Made by a program: the position numbers and the translations under genes. The notes under the pieces are model-generated. The model was given only the letters and a program-made list of their open reading frames with translations. It had not been told where the DNA came from and did no database searches. 64,000 nt of DNA from Marsupella aquatica (lineage: Eukaryota; Plantae; Marchantiophyta): positions 7,133,241 to 7,197,240 of the forward strand of contig OZ316899.1 in NCBI GenBank assembly GCA_973895155.1. Reading direction: 5' to 3'. How positions within the stretch are numbered: position 1 is the stretch's first letter; every line of letters begins with the position of its first letter. Positions 24,675 through 37,272 of the stretch are shown in pieces.

Positions 24675-27600
24675 TGTGGTGCGTCCCATGGCTCTCAAAA
24701 CCCAAGAACCCGCCCTGAACAAGCCAATTCCCACCGGTTTTGCTCTTGCCAAGGCCATTTCCACGGCTTATCGGCATGGGACGCGGCTAAAACTCCTTTA
24801 CTAACTTTTTACCCACATGTATTGGACAGATCCTTCATCGGGTCATGAGATATGCAGTTGGTCTAATCTAGGCCTCTCCTTCCTCTCTTCCCTTGGTCTC
24901 CCCTTGGGTATGTTTGGATTCCGCCGCCGGAATGATGCCCAATCGACTTGGGTAGCCGCTAAGATTCCTCTAAGCTCAACACATCAGGCTCTGCCTGCTC
25001 CTGATGACTTCATTTCCTTCTTTTCTCTCCTATAGTTGATGTGGGCAATCTTTGCACAAGTTGATGTGACACACAACTAGAAAGATGACTCATACTAAGT
25101 TATACCGTGCAACTGTCATACAAAGAGTACTTCTCATACACAAGATCTGCAAACTAAGCCAGAAGGCCAACTCTATTAAGCTCTTAGGCATGAGAAAACA
25201 TGAATACACACAAGAGTCACTACATAACTAACCAAGAGCTTCTCTGACTAATTGATCCTAGCCTTGTTGGTGCACTAAAAACTTGCTTAAGAAGAAGGCC
25301 CCAAAGTCCCCGTTGCACAGGTATTTATCCTGGCAGTGCACCTACCTATTTCCTTGCCGCGTAAGCTAAATCTACCTCTAAGTGGAATCTACCTATGTAT
25401 AGTGGGGCAAGAGCACAAGTGGTGCCCTTACCAGTGGATCCGCAATCCCACTAATCTAAATGTTAGGGCCGCTTCTTGGCCCTAATCCTAATCCTAAATT
25501 TGGAGGTCAGCGCCCACTTTGCCCACTCACGTCTCCTACCTCCACGTCCGCCCTCCCTAACAGGGATGACGCTCCTCCACCGTCATGACGCTGGTGGCTG
25601 GCCCTCAATGGACGCCCCCAATCCTTCCTCGACAGCCAATGTAGGCCTCTTGTTCTCTGACAGGTTACCCGCTCTTGACTGGGTCAACTTATCCTCGGCG
25701 TGATCGGGCCCCACTCCTATCTTGGCTTCTGCTTCTCCGGCTTCTACTCCCCAAATTGTAACAGTGGTGAGTTTGCCCCTGCAGCTTCAACAGCAGTGGT
25801 CCTCCTCATAGGCAGTGGTCCTCCTCTTAGGCAGTGGTCCTCCTCATAGGCTCATCCGACGAGTCGGGTTGTCTCATCCTCCCAAGGTTGCGGGTGATGC
25901 CAATCAATGATTGGCAACCTTGAGTCAGTGCCCGCCATGGCCTCACCCAGCTGGTCTTCTTAGTCTACCTCTAAGACTGCCACTTTGACAGCCACTACCT
26001 CGCATAAGGCTGGTGCCATGCTTCTACCGAGGAGCCACGGTGGCCTAAGGAACCGTGTTGCTCCCTTACCCCAAAGGTTTTTGCTTCTTCTTGTCCTTCC
26101 CTTCCATGGTAGTCGGTGCCTTCCCCTTGCCACTTACTTTTGGCAAGGGTGAGGGTACCTTGGCTTGTCTCTTGGTCAGGACCACGCCCTACAACCTTGT
26201 TGCCACCATCGGGGGTCCACTTGTTGCTGCCTATCGATTTAATTAACTCCTCAGACAGTTTCTTCAGCCGCTTTGTTTGGTTGTCCGCTCGCCTCTGCAA
26301 GTTCTCTAATTTCTGTGTGGCATCCTCCAACTCCTCATGGGTCTCGTCTAAATCCCCGCGAGCTTCCTCCAACTCCTTTAGGTTGTTGTCCAACTCCTTC
26401 CGTAAGGCCGCCCTCTCCTCCTGGGTTGCTCTTAGCTCTGCGTTGAGCTCATGCACGACTTCAAACTCTATCTTATTCATCTTCTCGTAGGTTTGGTTGA
26501 GCATGTCATCCTTCTTATGCATGTTGGCTTGAAAGTTGGCCGACAGGGTTTTGCAGTCCTCCTTCAACTTATCGACGCTTTTGTAGGCCTCATCCAAGTC
26601 GTCCTTTTTATTATGGAAGGCCCTATGGAATTCTTTGATCTCCTCCTTCAGTGCCGCTCCTTCCTCAGCACCTTGGTCATGGCTTTGTTGACGACCGTTA
26701 GGTGAGCAGCCTCTGCATCTTTAAGCTCTTGCTTCCACTTCTCCTTCTCCTTGAGAGCCTCGGCCAAATGCCCTTGGGTCTAGGCAACTTTATTCTTGAT
26801 TAACTGGTTATCAGCCTTGGCCGTATCCAGTTGCCCCTGCATGATGTTTATCTCATGCATCCTAACCCGCAGCTTGTCTTGAGCCTGTTTGGCTGCTTTT
26901 GGATCTCCAGTCTTGGCTTCCTTCTCTCTAAGCCGCCAGATGACCTCCTCTTTCTTCATCCTCTCCAAGGCTAGTGCCTCCTCCCACCGGCTCTTCTCCA
27001 ACCTCTCCCTATGGAGGAAGGGCCCCATCTCTAACTCCTTGCCAAAGATGTTGAGGGCAAGTAACCCGCACATCCTCTCGTACTCCAGGGCTCTAGAACG
27101 TGCATAGATGGAGTGGTTAGGAGATGCCAACATCTCCCAACGCAGCCTTTGTTCCCAAGTCATCCTCCAAATCTTGTCAAACGTGGGCAAGGGCCCGACT
27201 TGGTCCTCTACAAGCCGCCAAATGTCCTTTGGCCATCCTTCGCCTGGCAAATCCTTCTCCTTGGCCAAGGTTGCCCTCTCCAGATCTTGGAGTTGCTCTT
27301 GCAACTCTTGGTCAGCCTGTTTTCTCCCATCGTAATTTGGAGGAGGGACGTCTGGTGGGGGAGACTCCGGGCTTCTCTGCTGTTTTGGGTCCCCACGCAC
27401 CACTCTTGGAAGTGTGGGAATGAAACGGCCATAGGTCCGCACCCCTGGTACCAAATGATCTGACCCGTAGCTAAAGCGTCCTTGTTATATTCCTCCATGC
27501 CCTCCCTTCCGGCCTAGAGTACTGGTGCTTGCGGATCCTCTCTTGGGCTAGCCGCAAAAGCGGCATCCTGTTGGGAACTGTGCATGTGTGCGGTTCTCTC

Positions 27601-29430
27601 CTCTGGCTCCCACACCTGCCTTCCTCTCTCCTCATCATGACTACAAACCCTGGGCCCTTGTCCCTCGGGTTCTGGTCTTGAGGCTCCCACGCACATCCGC
27701 ACCCCTGGCTCGTCTGCTGGCATCCTTCTCTTTGCGCCCTCGGCAAACGGATCTGCTGTGGTGGGTCTTCCGGTTCCTCCCTCCTCAACCATGCCCTATA
27801 CCGGTGCCCTTATTGTCATTGCCATCTTCTCCTTCTGGAACATCTGCAGCAGGCTCTACATGGTCGGTTGCTGCATTGGCATGGATTCCGGCATTGGACT
27901 AAAGATCTGTGATATTGTGGAGCTGCCGGGCGGTTTGGGCTTCCTTGTTGCCGGCCTTGGCTCTAGCTCCTCCTTTGGTGCCCTTGCCTGCAGGGGGAGT
28001 ATGGGCGCAAAGATCTGTCTCCGGGCATACCGGCACAACAACGGCATGTGATAACCAAGCCAAGCCACACTCCCCTGACCTGCCACTTGTTGTTCTTCCT
28101 TCAAGATCTTCTTTAGTTGGGCAAGGAGGTATCCATTGTAGTCCCAGCTTGGGGCTAGGTAAACCTGTGCCTTGCCGATCTCCAGTCTTGGCAGGTTACA
28201 ATGCATTGTCACTCGCAAGAAATCATTCATTTCTCCAATGTGCGGGTTGGTGCAGGTGCTTTGGAAGAAGCCATTCTTTGTTGATGGCTTGGGGAATGAT
28301 CTAAACTCCCTGTCCAACAAGTTCTTTTGGGTGTCTACCTTGGCCTTGTTGCCCATTGGCAAGCCAAACACTTTGGCAATCACCTTGGGGGTGAGATAGA
28401 AGTCCCTCCCATAGATCTTGGTTGAGTTGGACTCGTGGTCCCATGATCCCACGAATTCCAACAAGTCTGATTTTGGCACCTCCGGTTTCAGCCACGACAA
28501 TCTAACAATGGCCTCCAAGCCCAACCCGGCCATGAAGCCTTGGTATTTGTGGTACGTCCCATGGCTCCCTAAACCCAAGAAACCCCTTTGCACAAGCCGA
28601 TTCCCGCAAGTTTCGCTCTTGGCGAGGCCGATTTTGCGGCTTAGCGGCATGGGACGCTGCTAACTTCCTTCTACTACTATTTAACATTTAACTCACATAT
28701 ACTGGACAGATCCTTCATCGGGTCATGAGATACATAGCCGGCCTATTCTAGGCCTTCCCTTGTCCTCCTCTCTCGATTTCCCTTTAGGTATGTTTGGATT
28801 CCGCCGCCGGAATGATCCCCAACTGGCTTGGGTAAGCCGCTAAGACCTCTCTCAGCTCGACACATCCAACTCTTACTACCTTGCTTACTCCCTTCTTGGT
28901 TGATGTGGGCAATCTTCAAACAAGTTAATGCGACACACAAATAGCAAAATGACTCCTTCTGACTGAGTTATATCATGCACTTGCCATACAAACAGTACTT
29001 CTCATATACAAGATCTGCGAACTAAGCCGTGAGGCCAACTCTATTCATCTCTTAGGTATGAGGAAACATGAATATACACAAGGGTCATAGTATAACTAAC
29101 CGAGAGCTTCTTTAACTACTTGATCCCAGCCCTGCTGGTGCACTAAAAACTTGCTAAGGAAGAAGGCCCGCAACTCCCCGCTGCCCAGGTACTTATCCTG
29201 GTAGTGGATCCGCCTAATTCCTTGTAGCATAAGCCTAATCTACCTATGTACAGCGAGGTAGGAGCACAAGTGTTGCTCTTACCAGTGGATCCGCAATCCC
29301 ACTAAGCTAAGTGTCAGGGCCGCCTCTTGGTCCTGATCCTAATTCTAAACTTGGAGATCTGGGCCCGCCCTGCCCACTCACGCCTCCCTCCACGTCCGCC
29401 CTCCTTAAAAGGAGCGGCCCTCCACCACCG

Positions 29431-32400
29431 TCATGGCAACGGTGTCTGGTCCTCAATGGACGCCCCCAACACTTCCTCCGCAACCACTACCGTAGGTACG
29501 TCCTCTGACAGATTACCTGCTCCGGACCGAGTTAACTCTCCATCGGCCTAACTGGGTCCACCCTCGGCTTCGGCCTCAGCATCGGCCACGGCCTCCCCGA
29601 CATGTTCTAGTGGTGGATCCGGTACCCTGGCTTCATCACCGAGTATCCTGGCCTTGGCTTTGCCATCCCCGCCTTCTAGGGCAGTTGGATCCTCTGTCGT
29701 GACCCTGCCTGAGGTTGGTGTTGGGTTTACCTCCTTGGTCACAACGGCTTGAGGAGCCGTATTACTCCCTGACCCAGAAGGTTTCTGCTTCTTCTTCTTC
29801 TTTGGTTCGGCAGCTGGCCCCTTCCCCTTGCCACTTACCTTCGGCACCGGTGCGAGTGTCTCGGCTTGTCCTTTGGCCAGTACTACTCCTGGTAACTTGG
29901 TTGCCCCAATTGGAGTTGGACCTGAGGAAGCCAAGCACTTAAATATTGCGACCTGTTTCTTTAGCCGCTCCATTTGGTTGTCGGCTCGCCGCTGTAAGTT
30001 TTCCATCTTCCGCGTGCTTTTCTCCAACTCCTCCTGCAATTCATCCAGGTCCTTGCACGCCTCCTCCCGCTCCTTCTGGGCTTCCTCCAATTCCTCCTTT
30101 AAGGTAGCCCTCTCCTCCTGGGTTGCTCTCAGCTCCTTGTTGAGCTCCGTAACGACCTCAGACCCCATTTTATTCATCTTGGCATAAGTCTAGTAGAGTT
30201 GGTCGTCTTTCTCACGGAGGTCGGCCTTGAAGCTGGCCATCATGGATGCGAGCTCCTGCCGTAGCACGATAATCGCCTGATAGGATTTCCCTAACTCGGC
30301 CTCCTTCTGCTCAAGGGCTCCGCGGATATCCTCGAGTTCCCCCTTTAGCGCCCTTTCCCTTCTCTGAGTTTCCGCCATGGCCCGATTGTTGGCTGCTATG
30401 TGGGCCTCCTTTGCGTCTCTCAGCTCTCGCTTCCACTTCTCCTTTTCCTTGATCGAATCGGCCAGCTCACCTTGGGTCCGAGTAAGTTTATCCTTTTTTT
30501 TCTTTTTTCTTTTTTTGGATTTTTACATTTATTCCGCGTGAAACCCATGGATGGGGGAACCAGCAGGCCAAACGGCATCATAAAACCTCAAACGCCCAAA
30601 GGAGGCAATAACAAAGAGTTACTCAACCAGGGTCACCAGATCAGGCAAAGATTATGAAGCCGTTCTACTAGTGTTCCATGCAGCAAGTAATAGCTAGGGG
30701 ATAAGCACTAAAAGGCGCAGTAGGTCAGCAGAGTAAAAGTGTAAAGTGTCAAACCATTGTCTAGTACTGAATTAATCCACCTAATTAGTAAGAAGAGGGT
30801 GTATACTGTAGCGGGAGAAGGAAAAAAACCAACGGCATGAACTGTAAGGGCCACCAAGAGTGGTGCAGCCATAAGCTATAGGGATTGAAAACAGTGCGGG
30901 AGGTAGTGGCACTGTGTATGAGGAAATCACGGGAGTAACGGTGTCAAAAGAGAAGACAAAACTCCCAGATAGCCACATAGTATAAATCAATCTCTCACAA
31001 GGCCGCCATCAATAGAGGAAAAAATCCGACGCGACCCACGTCTGAGAGTGTGAATGCGCTCGATCTCCAACAGTTCTTTGGCACTCGATAGACACCGGTG
31101 CTTGCGGCTCAAAGATGAAGGAGAAAGCATGGAAGCAGCCGCAGCGACAGCAATTAGGTGGTCCAGGGTCTCCAAAATAATCAGCATCTGATCAAAAATC
31201 CTATGTCTAGTCCGGTCAAAAGTCTGAGCATTCCTAGCCAACCAAATGTTCCACAAAATCTGATAGGTAGTGTAGATCCGAAGGGAGTGAATAGGTAATT
31301 TTCCCACAGCAGACTTGATAAGGCCAATCAGGGATGGCGTTCCATTGCAGAGTGCACCATGCATCCACCCGTGAGCATCAGTCCAACACCTACTGGCGTG
31401 CCTGCATGAGAAGAAAATATGTGAGATAGACTCAAGGAGTCCCACACAAAGCACACAACAACCATCAGATTTTCCAATTCTTAGAGCCCTAGAGCCAGAA
31501 AACAGACCCTGTGCAAGAATACGCCATAGAAAGACTTTCGCTCGGGTAGAAAGATCAGATGTCCACACAGCCCTCCACACTTCATTCCATTCTCCATCTA
31601 TGAGGGCCTCCGCCCAGATCCGGTTCAGACGAGCAGAATCAGTGCCTTTTGGGCGCAAAAACTCATAGGCTCGAACATTTGTTAATCCAAAGCGATTAGT
31701 TCCAACCGCCTGGTCCAGGCAAAGCCATTGTCGTGCAAGAGGCAAGGTTCCAATGCCGCCAAAGGGAGTTCCACGAATTACTCCCGTCAAAGAGAGACAT
31801 AGAACCCTGCAAGGAGATGTAAGGCCTCTCAACCGTTGTAGTCGTGATTCAACATTCATCCATGTGCCATCAGTAGCAGACCAGAAATCCCCGATTTTCC
31901 TTATGCCAAGTTTACCAAACGTTCTGGTTAACTCCATAATCACAGAATCAGGTAGCTCATAGAATCCCTATAAGCAGCGGATAGCATCTTCAAATCCCCA
32001 ATGGCCAGGGATAGGGTCATAAGTATTAGGGTAGAAGATCAAGTGTTCTCTCAACTGTTCCCAGGCACTCCACAATTGGCTAGTATATGACAATCTCCCA
32101 AAGCTATGAGGGGTGCTAAGAAGCATCTTGTCAGTCAAGGAGTACACATTCCTGCGGACAATCTTGTAATTTTGCCATTTCGTCAATCGAAGATTTTCAG
32201 AGAGCATGCAAGCCCATTCAGAGTCGGGGCAATCCAAAGCCCCGGTGAACCATTTACTCAAAAGTGCGTCCAAGTGACTTTTGAGATCCTTCAATCCGAG
32301 ACCACCATCCAGCTTGGGCCGAGTCATCTTGTCCCAAGCCACAAGAGGGATTCGTTTCCCCCCCAACGGGTTGGAGCCCCACAGAAAAATCCTGTTTAAA

Positions 32401-35400
32401 GCAATCAACTTTTTAGTCAAGGTAATAGGTGAAAGTAGAAACATCATGTGATAAACCGGTATGGCCTGAAGCACGTGCTTGATTAACAACAGGCGGCCTG
32501 TGAAAGAAAGGAAGCGAGTAGACCAGGATGCAAGTCATGCACTGATCCGATCCAAGCAGAAGCAATGCAGTTGCTTCTCAGAAAGATTAGAACCAAAAGG
32601 GGCACCTATGTATTTTTGCACAGTGCCTGCAGCGCTAATTGTACACCCCGTTTCGTGTAGCCAGTCAGGGATCTCATCAATAGCCAAAGGTATAATGATA
32701 GATTTGCCCAGGTGGAGTTTAGCTCCAGTTGCACAATCATTCGTAGCAAGTGATAGTGTTTCTAGCCTGTGTAAAAGCAATCTTCGTGGCAGGAATGAAA
32801 AGGCCTAGATCATCGGCAAAAAGTCTAAAGCAAATAGTTAAAGAGGAAGAGATTTGTAGTCCTTGGAGTCGACCAGCTGCAATTTCCGCATGGCAAAAGT
32901 CCATCAATGGCTGGGTGGAGATAGCAAACAGAAGAGGAGAAAGGGGACAGCCTTGGCAAACTCCCCTGCACATCTTAATATCATCAGTCCAAAGTCCGTT
33001 GACCAGAACTTTAGAAAAGGAATTACTTAGCAGAGATCGAACTAAGAATATGTAATGTGAGCTCAGGCCCAAAAGATTCATAGTTTCCCAGATATAGAGA
33101 TGATCGACCCTGTCAAAAGCTTTCTCAAAGTCAAGCTGCAAAAAGAGAGACGGAGTCTGCGTGGATTCAATCCAGTCGTGTGTCAACCACGTTAGTGAGA
33201 TATTTTCCAGTATATGACGTCCAGGAATGAAGCCTGTTTGCTGCGGACTAATCATACGGGGCAGCAGCACCTTCAATCGCAGGGCAAGTAGCTTCGCCAA
33301 AATCTTGTATGTGGTTGTTAGCATAGTTAGCGGCCTCCAGTCGCACAAACGACGCTTGTCAGTCTTCTTGGGGATAAAACGGATCACGCCATCTTTGATC
33401 CCATAGGAAATGTGGCCAGTTCTCCAAAAGTCGTAGATCATATCATATAGGTCAACTTTCACAAAATCCCAGCAAGGACGTAGAACTTTAGCAGTCATAC
33501 CATCTATCCCTGGTGCTTTATCATTAGGTAGCAATAGTAGGGTATCATGTACCTCCTTAATAGTGGGTAAAGCTTCCAATTGGTGGTTCTCAGCGGCAGA
33601 GGGGCAAAAATGAGTGTGCTCACAGAGTTTTTGTCTAGCAGCACGCATCGCCAAAAGCTCCTCAACATTGAGTTCCTGCGGAGAATACAGCGCCTCACAG
33701 AAATTTTGAACCTCCTTGATGATCAGATTTTTGTCATGAATCTCTGAACCATCATCTCCAATTAGGTACTCCATAGTCTCTCTCAGACGTTTTGCTTTGA
33801 CCAAAGAGAAGTAGAACTTGGAAGGTTCTTCACCCTGGCCAAGCCAGTTGATCCGGGACAGCTGCCGGTAGTGATGTGCATTCTCAAGTTCCATTTTGCG
33901 AACACTGTTATCAGTATAGGCAAATTCCTGCAGATCATTTGGAGCATGCTCGTCCATGATAGAGATTTTGAGGAGGCAAAGTTTGTTCCTGAGGATTGCC
34001 AGCTCCTCCTCCCGGGGTACCGGCAAAGATTGCAGCTCCATAAAGCACTTCCAAAATCTTTGGAATGCGTTGGCAAAGCGTAAATGAGGATCCGCAGAGG
34101 GCACATCATCACCCCGCCAGGCAGCCTCTAAAAGATTCAGGTTCTCTGCCTTCCGAAGAACAGAGGGCTTTAAATAAGTAGCTCTCTTATCCTTGATAAT
34201 CTGATTATCAGACTGTGCGGTATCCAATTGCCCTTGCATGATGTTGAGCTCATGCCGCTTATTCCGCAGCTCATCTTGGGCTTTCTTGGCCGCCTTAAGG
34301 TCTTCTACCTTGGCTTCCCTTGCCCTAAGCCGACGGATGACCTCGTCCTTCTTGCTTCTCTCCAAAGCCACCGCTTCTTCTAATCGACGCTTCTCCAACA
34401 TTTCCCTCTGGAAAAAAGGTCCCTGCTCCAACTCCTCTCCAAAGATGCCAAGCGCAAGTTCCCCACACATCTCCCCGTACTCCATGGCTTGTTCTTTAGC
34501 ATAGGCGGAGTGAGTAGAAGTCATCGACATCATCCACCGCGGCCTTTGTTCCCAAGCCGCCTTGCCAATTTCTTCTATCGTGGCTGGTGGGCTGCTTTGT
34601 TTTTCTGCAAGCCGCCTGATGTCCTTTGGTCATTCTCCTCCTGGTAAATCCTTCTCCCTAGCCAGGGCTGCCTCTTCTTCCTCCCTGAGTCGTTCCTGAA
34701 ACTCCTATGCCGTCTGTTTTATGCCGTCAAAGCTCGGGGGAGCGACATCTGGTGGGGGAGACTCGGGGCTGCTCTGCTGGGTCGGGTCCCCTCGAACTAC
34801 TCTTGGAAGAGTGGGGATGAACCTGCCACAGGTCCTTATTCCTGGAACATGATGGTCCGACCCGTAGCCGGAGTCATCATTGTCGTAGCCTTCTACCGTC
34901 TCCTCCTCGGCTTGGACTACCGGTTCCCACCGCTGCTGTCCTGGTCTTGCCGTGAACACGGCCTCACAGATCACGGGTCCTAGTTCCTCCGGCTTCCACG
35001 TTGATCTCATCTTCTCCCTGTCGCGACTAGGAGCTTTGAGCTGCTTTTCCTCGGCTTCGGGACTTGAAGCTCCTACATACATTCGGACTCCCGGCTCGTG
35101 TTCCGGCCTCCTTCTCTCCTTGACCCCTGTAAAGGGGTTTTCCCTGGTAAGTTGGCTAAGGCCGACTTTGGGAGTAGTATTCTGTACCGGTCCCGTTGCC
35201 GTTGCCGTTCTCCTTTCCTTCTCCAGCAATTTCAGCAGAGTCTGCAAGCCTGGTTGCTGCATCAGCAAGTCCTCCTTCCTCGGCCTAAACACCTGCTCAA
35301 TTGTAGGATTGTCGGACTGGGTCGGTTTCTCTGTTGTCGGCCTCGGTTCCGGAACCTCCTCTGGTGCTCTTGCCTGCAGAGGCAGTACCGGGGCGAATAT

Positions 35401-36675
35401 CTGACTTCGGGCATACCGGCACAACAGCGGCATATGATAACCAAGCCGGGACACGCTTCCCATGTCGATCACCAGCTGTTCCTCCTTCAAGATCTTCTTT
35501 AGTTGGGTGAGGAGGTACCCGTTGTAGTCTCGGCTTGGGTCTGGCCTCTCCGCCAGATAGACCTGTGCCTTGCCGATCTCTGCCCTCGGCAAGTTACAAT
35601 GCATGGTTACCCGCAAGAAATCGATCATTTCTCCTATGTGCGGGTTGGTGTAGGTGTTTTGGAAGAAGCCATTCTTTGTTGATGGCCCTGGAAACGCCCG
35701 GAACTCCCTGTCTAGCAAGGTCTTCCTGGTATCTACTTTGGTCTTATTGCCCATCGGCAAGCCAAACACTTCGGCAATCACCCGGGGAGTGAGATAGAAA
35801 TCCTTCCCATACACCCTTGTGGAATTGGTCTCGGGCTCCCATGATCCCACGAATTCTAGTAAGTCTGAATCCGGCACCTCCGGCTTTAGCCATGGTAGCT
35901 TTACGAAGGCTTCCAAGCCGGATCCGGCCATGAAACCTTGGTATTTCCGAGTCTGCATAGCCGTAAAGCATGCATCCTCCTCCCGTGCAAAGTGTAATTG
36001 CACCTCCTTGAGGAGGGTCGCCGCCTAGCCTTTCCAGGTGTCATCTCTTGTTGGAACGGCATTGACGGGGTCGACCTCTTCCTCTTCGGCTTCCGCCTGC
36101 CTCCTACTTCCCTGCTCTGCTGGTTTTTTGGGTGCCACCGACCTCGTTCTTTTTGCAGGGGTGGCTTCTTCGTTGTTGTTCCCTTTCCTCTTCATAGCGA
36201 CTGCCGTGGATGTTTCTCCTAGCACGGTTGCCTTCATCCACCCCTCCGTGCTACCCTTCAACTCCCAGTGTATGTCGTTGCAGCGGTTGATGGCCTCCCG
36301 GATGCTGACTATTCTATTCTCACAAAATAGAAGATTGTCAAGTTCGTCGGCACTAGGCGTCCACAAGAATTCAGCCGTAATGAGTTCTCCTCCTAAGAAA
36401 GCAGACTTCTGCAGCTCCCACAACCGAGCGAGCTCCTGCCGTTCTCGAGCCGCTCTCTCCGATTCTTTGTCCTCGTAGGTCCCAATGTACTCAGTTGCCC
36501 GTTCTAACAGGCATCCCCAAGAATGAGCAGCTTGATTGACGTTGCTCATACCCTTCTTGAGTTGATTGTCGGTATCTGCTTCCACCCCGAGTTGATTGTC
36601 GGTATCTACGCACCCTAACCCTAATTGTGTTCCCTCCCCTGACGTCCTTACTTTTGGCCTCGGCTCGGGTTCCAT
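29431..36675 (-). pseudogene. B2 single long ORF, ~1180 codons (36675-34187 joined to 30487-29431)
   Basis: All ORF-track fragments lie in one frame once the LINE is removed; five in-frame stops (36025, 34705, 34630, 30190, 29548); LPW...EF...LTPRVIAEVFGLPMG domain followed by a long heptad-rich region. Confidence 0.85.
30496..34186 (-). mobile_element. 5'-truncated L1-clade LINE (LINE-2x) in the B2 ORF
   Basis: T-rich tail 30494-30516; TSD TTATCCTT (30488-30495, 34187-34194); RT motifs KAPGIDG, DFEKAFD, QGCPLSP, LFADD; CVLC...HIFFSC; no endonuclease or ORF1. Confidence 0.94.
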
Positions 36676-37272
36676 AGTCACCCTTAATTGTTTATATTTC
36701 CCTATTTTTGTTACTATACTAAGGTGTTTCCTAGGGTACACTCCTGATTTTACTATTTAAACTGGCCTAATGATTCATGGCTAGGCATCACAGTATTTTT
36801 GGTCTGCATGGCTATAAAACATGCATCTTCATCCCATGCAAAATATAACTGCACTGCCAGTGGTAGGACCGCCGCCCACCCCTTCCATGTATCAGCTCTA
36901 TTGGGGATGGCATTGACTAGGTTGACCTCTTGTTCTGCGGCTTCCTCCTACCTTTGTCTCCCTTGCTTGGCTGGCTTTCTTGATGCTTCCGACCTCGTTC
37001 TTTTGGTCGGTGTGATTTTTTTGTTGTTGGCCATCTTCCTTTTCCTTTCGGCCGCTCCTGACAACTCGGCCAGGATTGTTGCTTTTGTCCACGCCTCCGT
37101 GCAACCCTTCAGGTCCCAGATTGTTGTTGCAGTTGTTGATGGCCTACTGAATGCCAATGATTCTATTCTCTCAAAATAGAAGATTGTCAAGCTCATCGGC
37201 AATAGGCGTCCACAAGAATTCAGCCTTGATGATCTCTCCTCCTAGGAAGGCAAACTTTTGCAATTCCCACAG

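Larger units (their letters stand above)
28548..36792 (-). mobile_element. Element B2: 4546 bp net, nested in the B1 ORF
   Basis: TGTGGTAC...GCATCACA ends; perfect TSD GTATT (28543-28547, 36793-36797). Confidence 0.92.

Noticed and set aside
27856-28650. 264-aa ORF as an independent gene
   Set aside because: Its N-terminus is B2 terminal sequence read across the 28547/28548 insertion junction into the B1 ORF
29314-29430. Basic C-terminal tail SKFRIRIR..KRP for the B protein
   Set aside because: Both B1 and B2 have the same TGA upstream (25583, 29431), so that is probably the true stop
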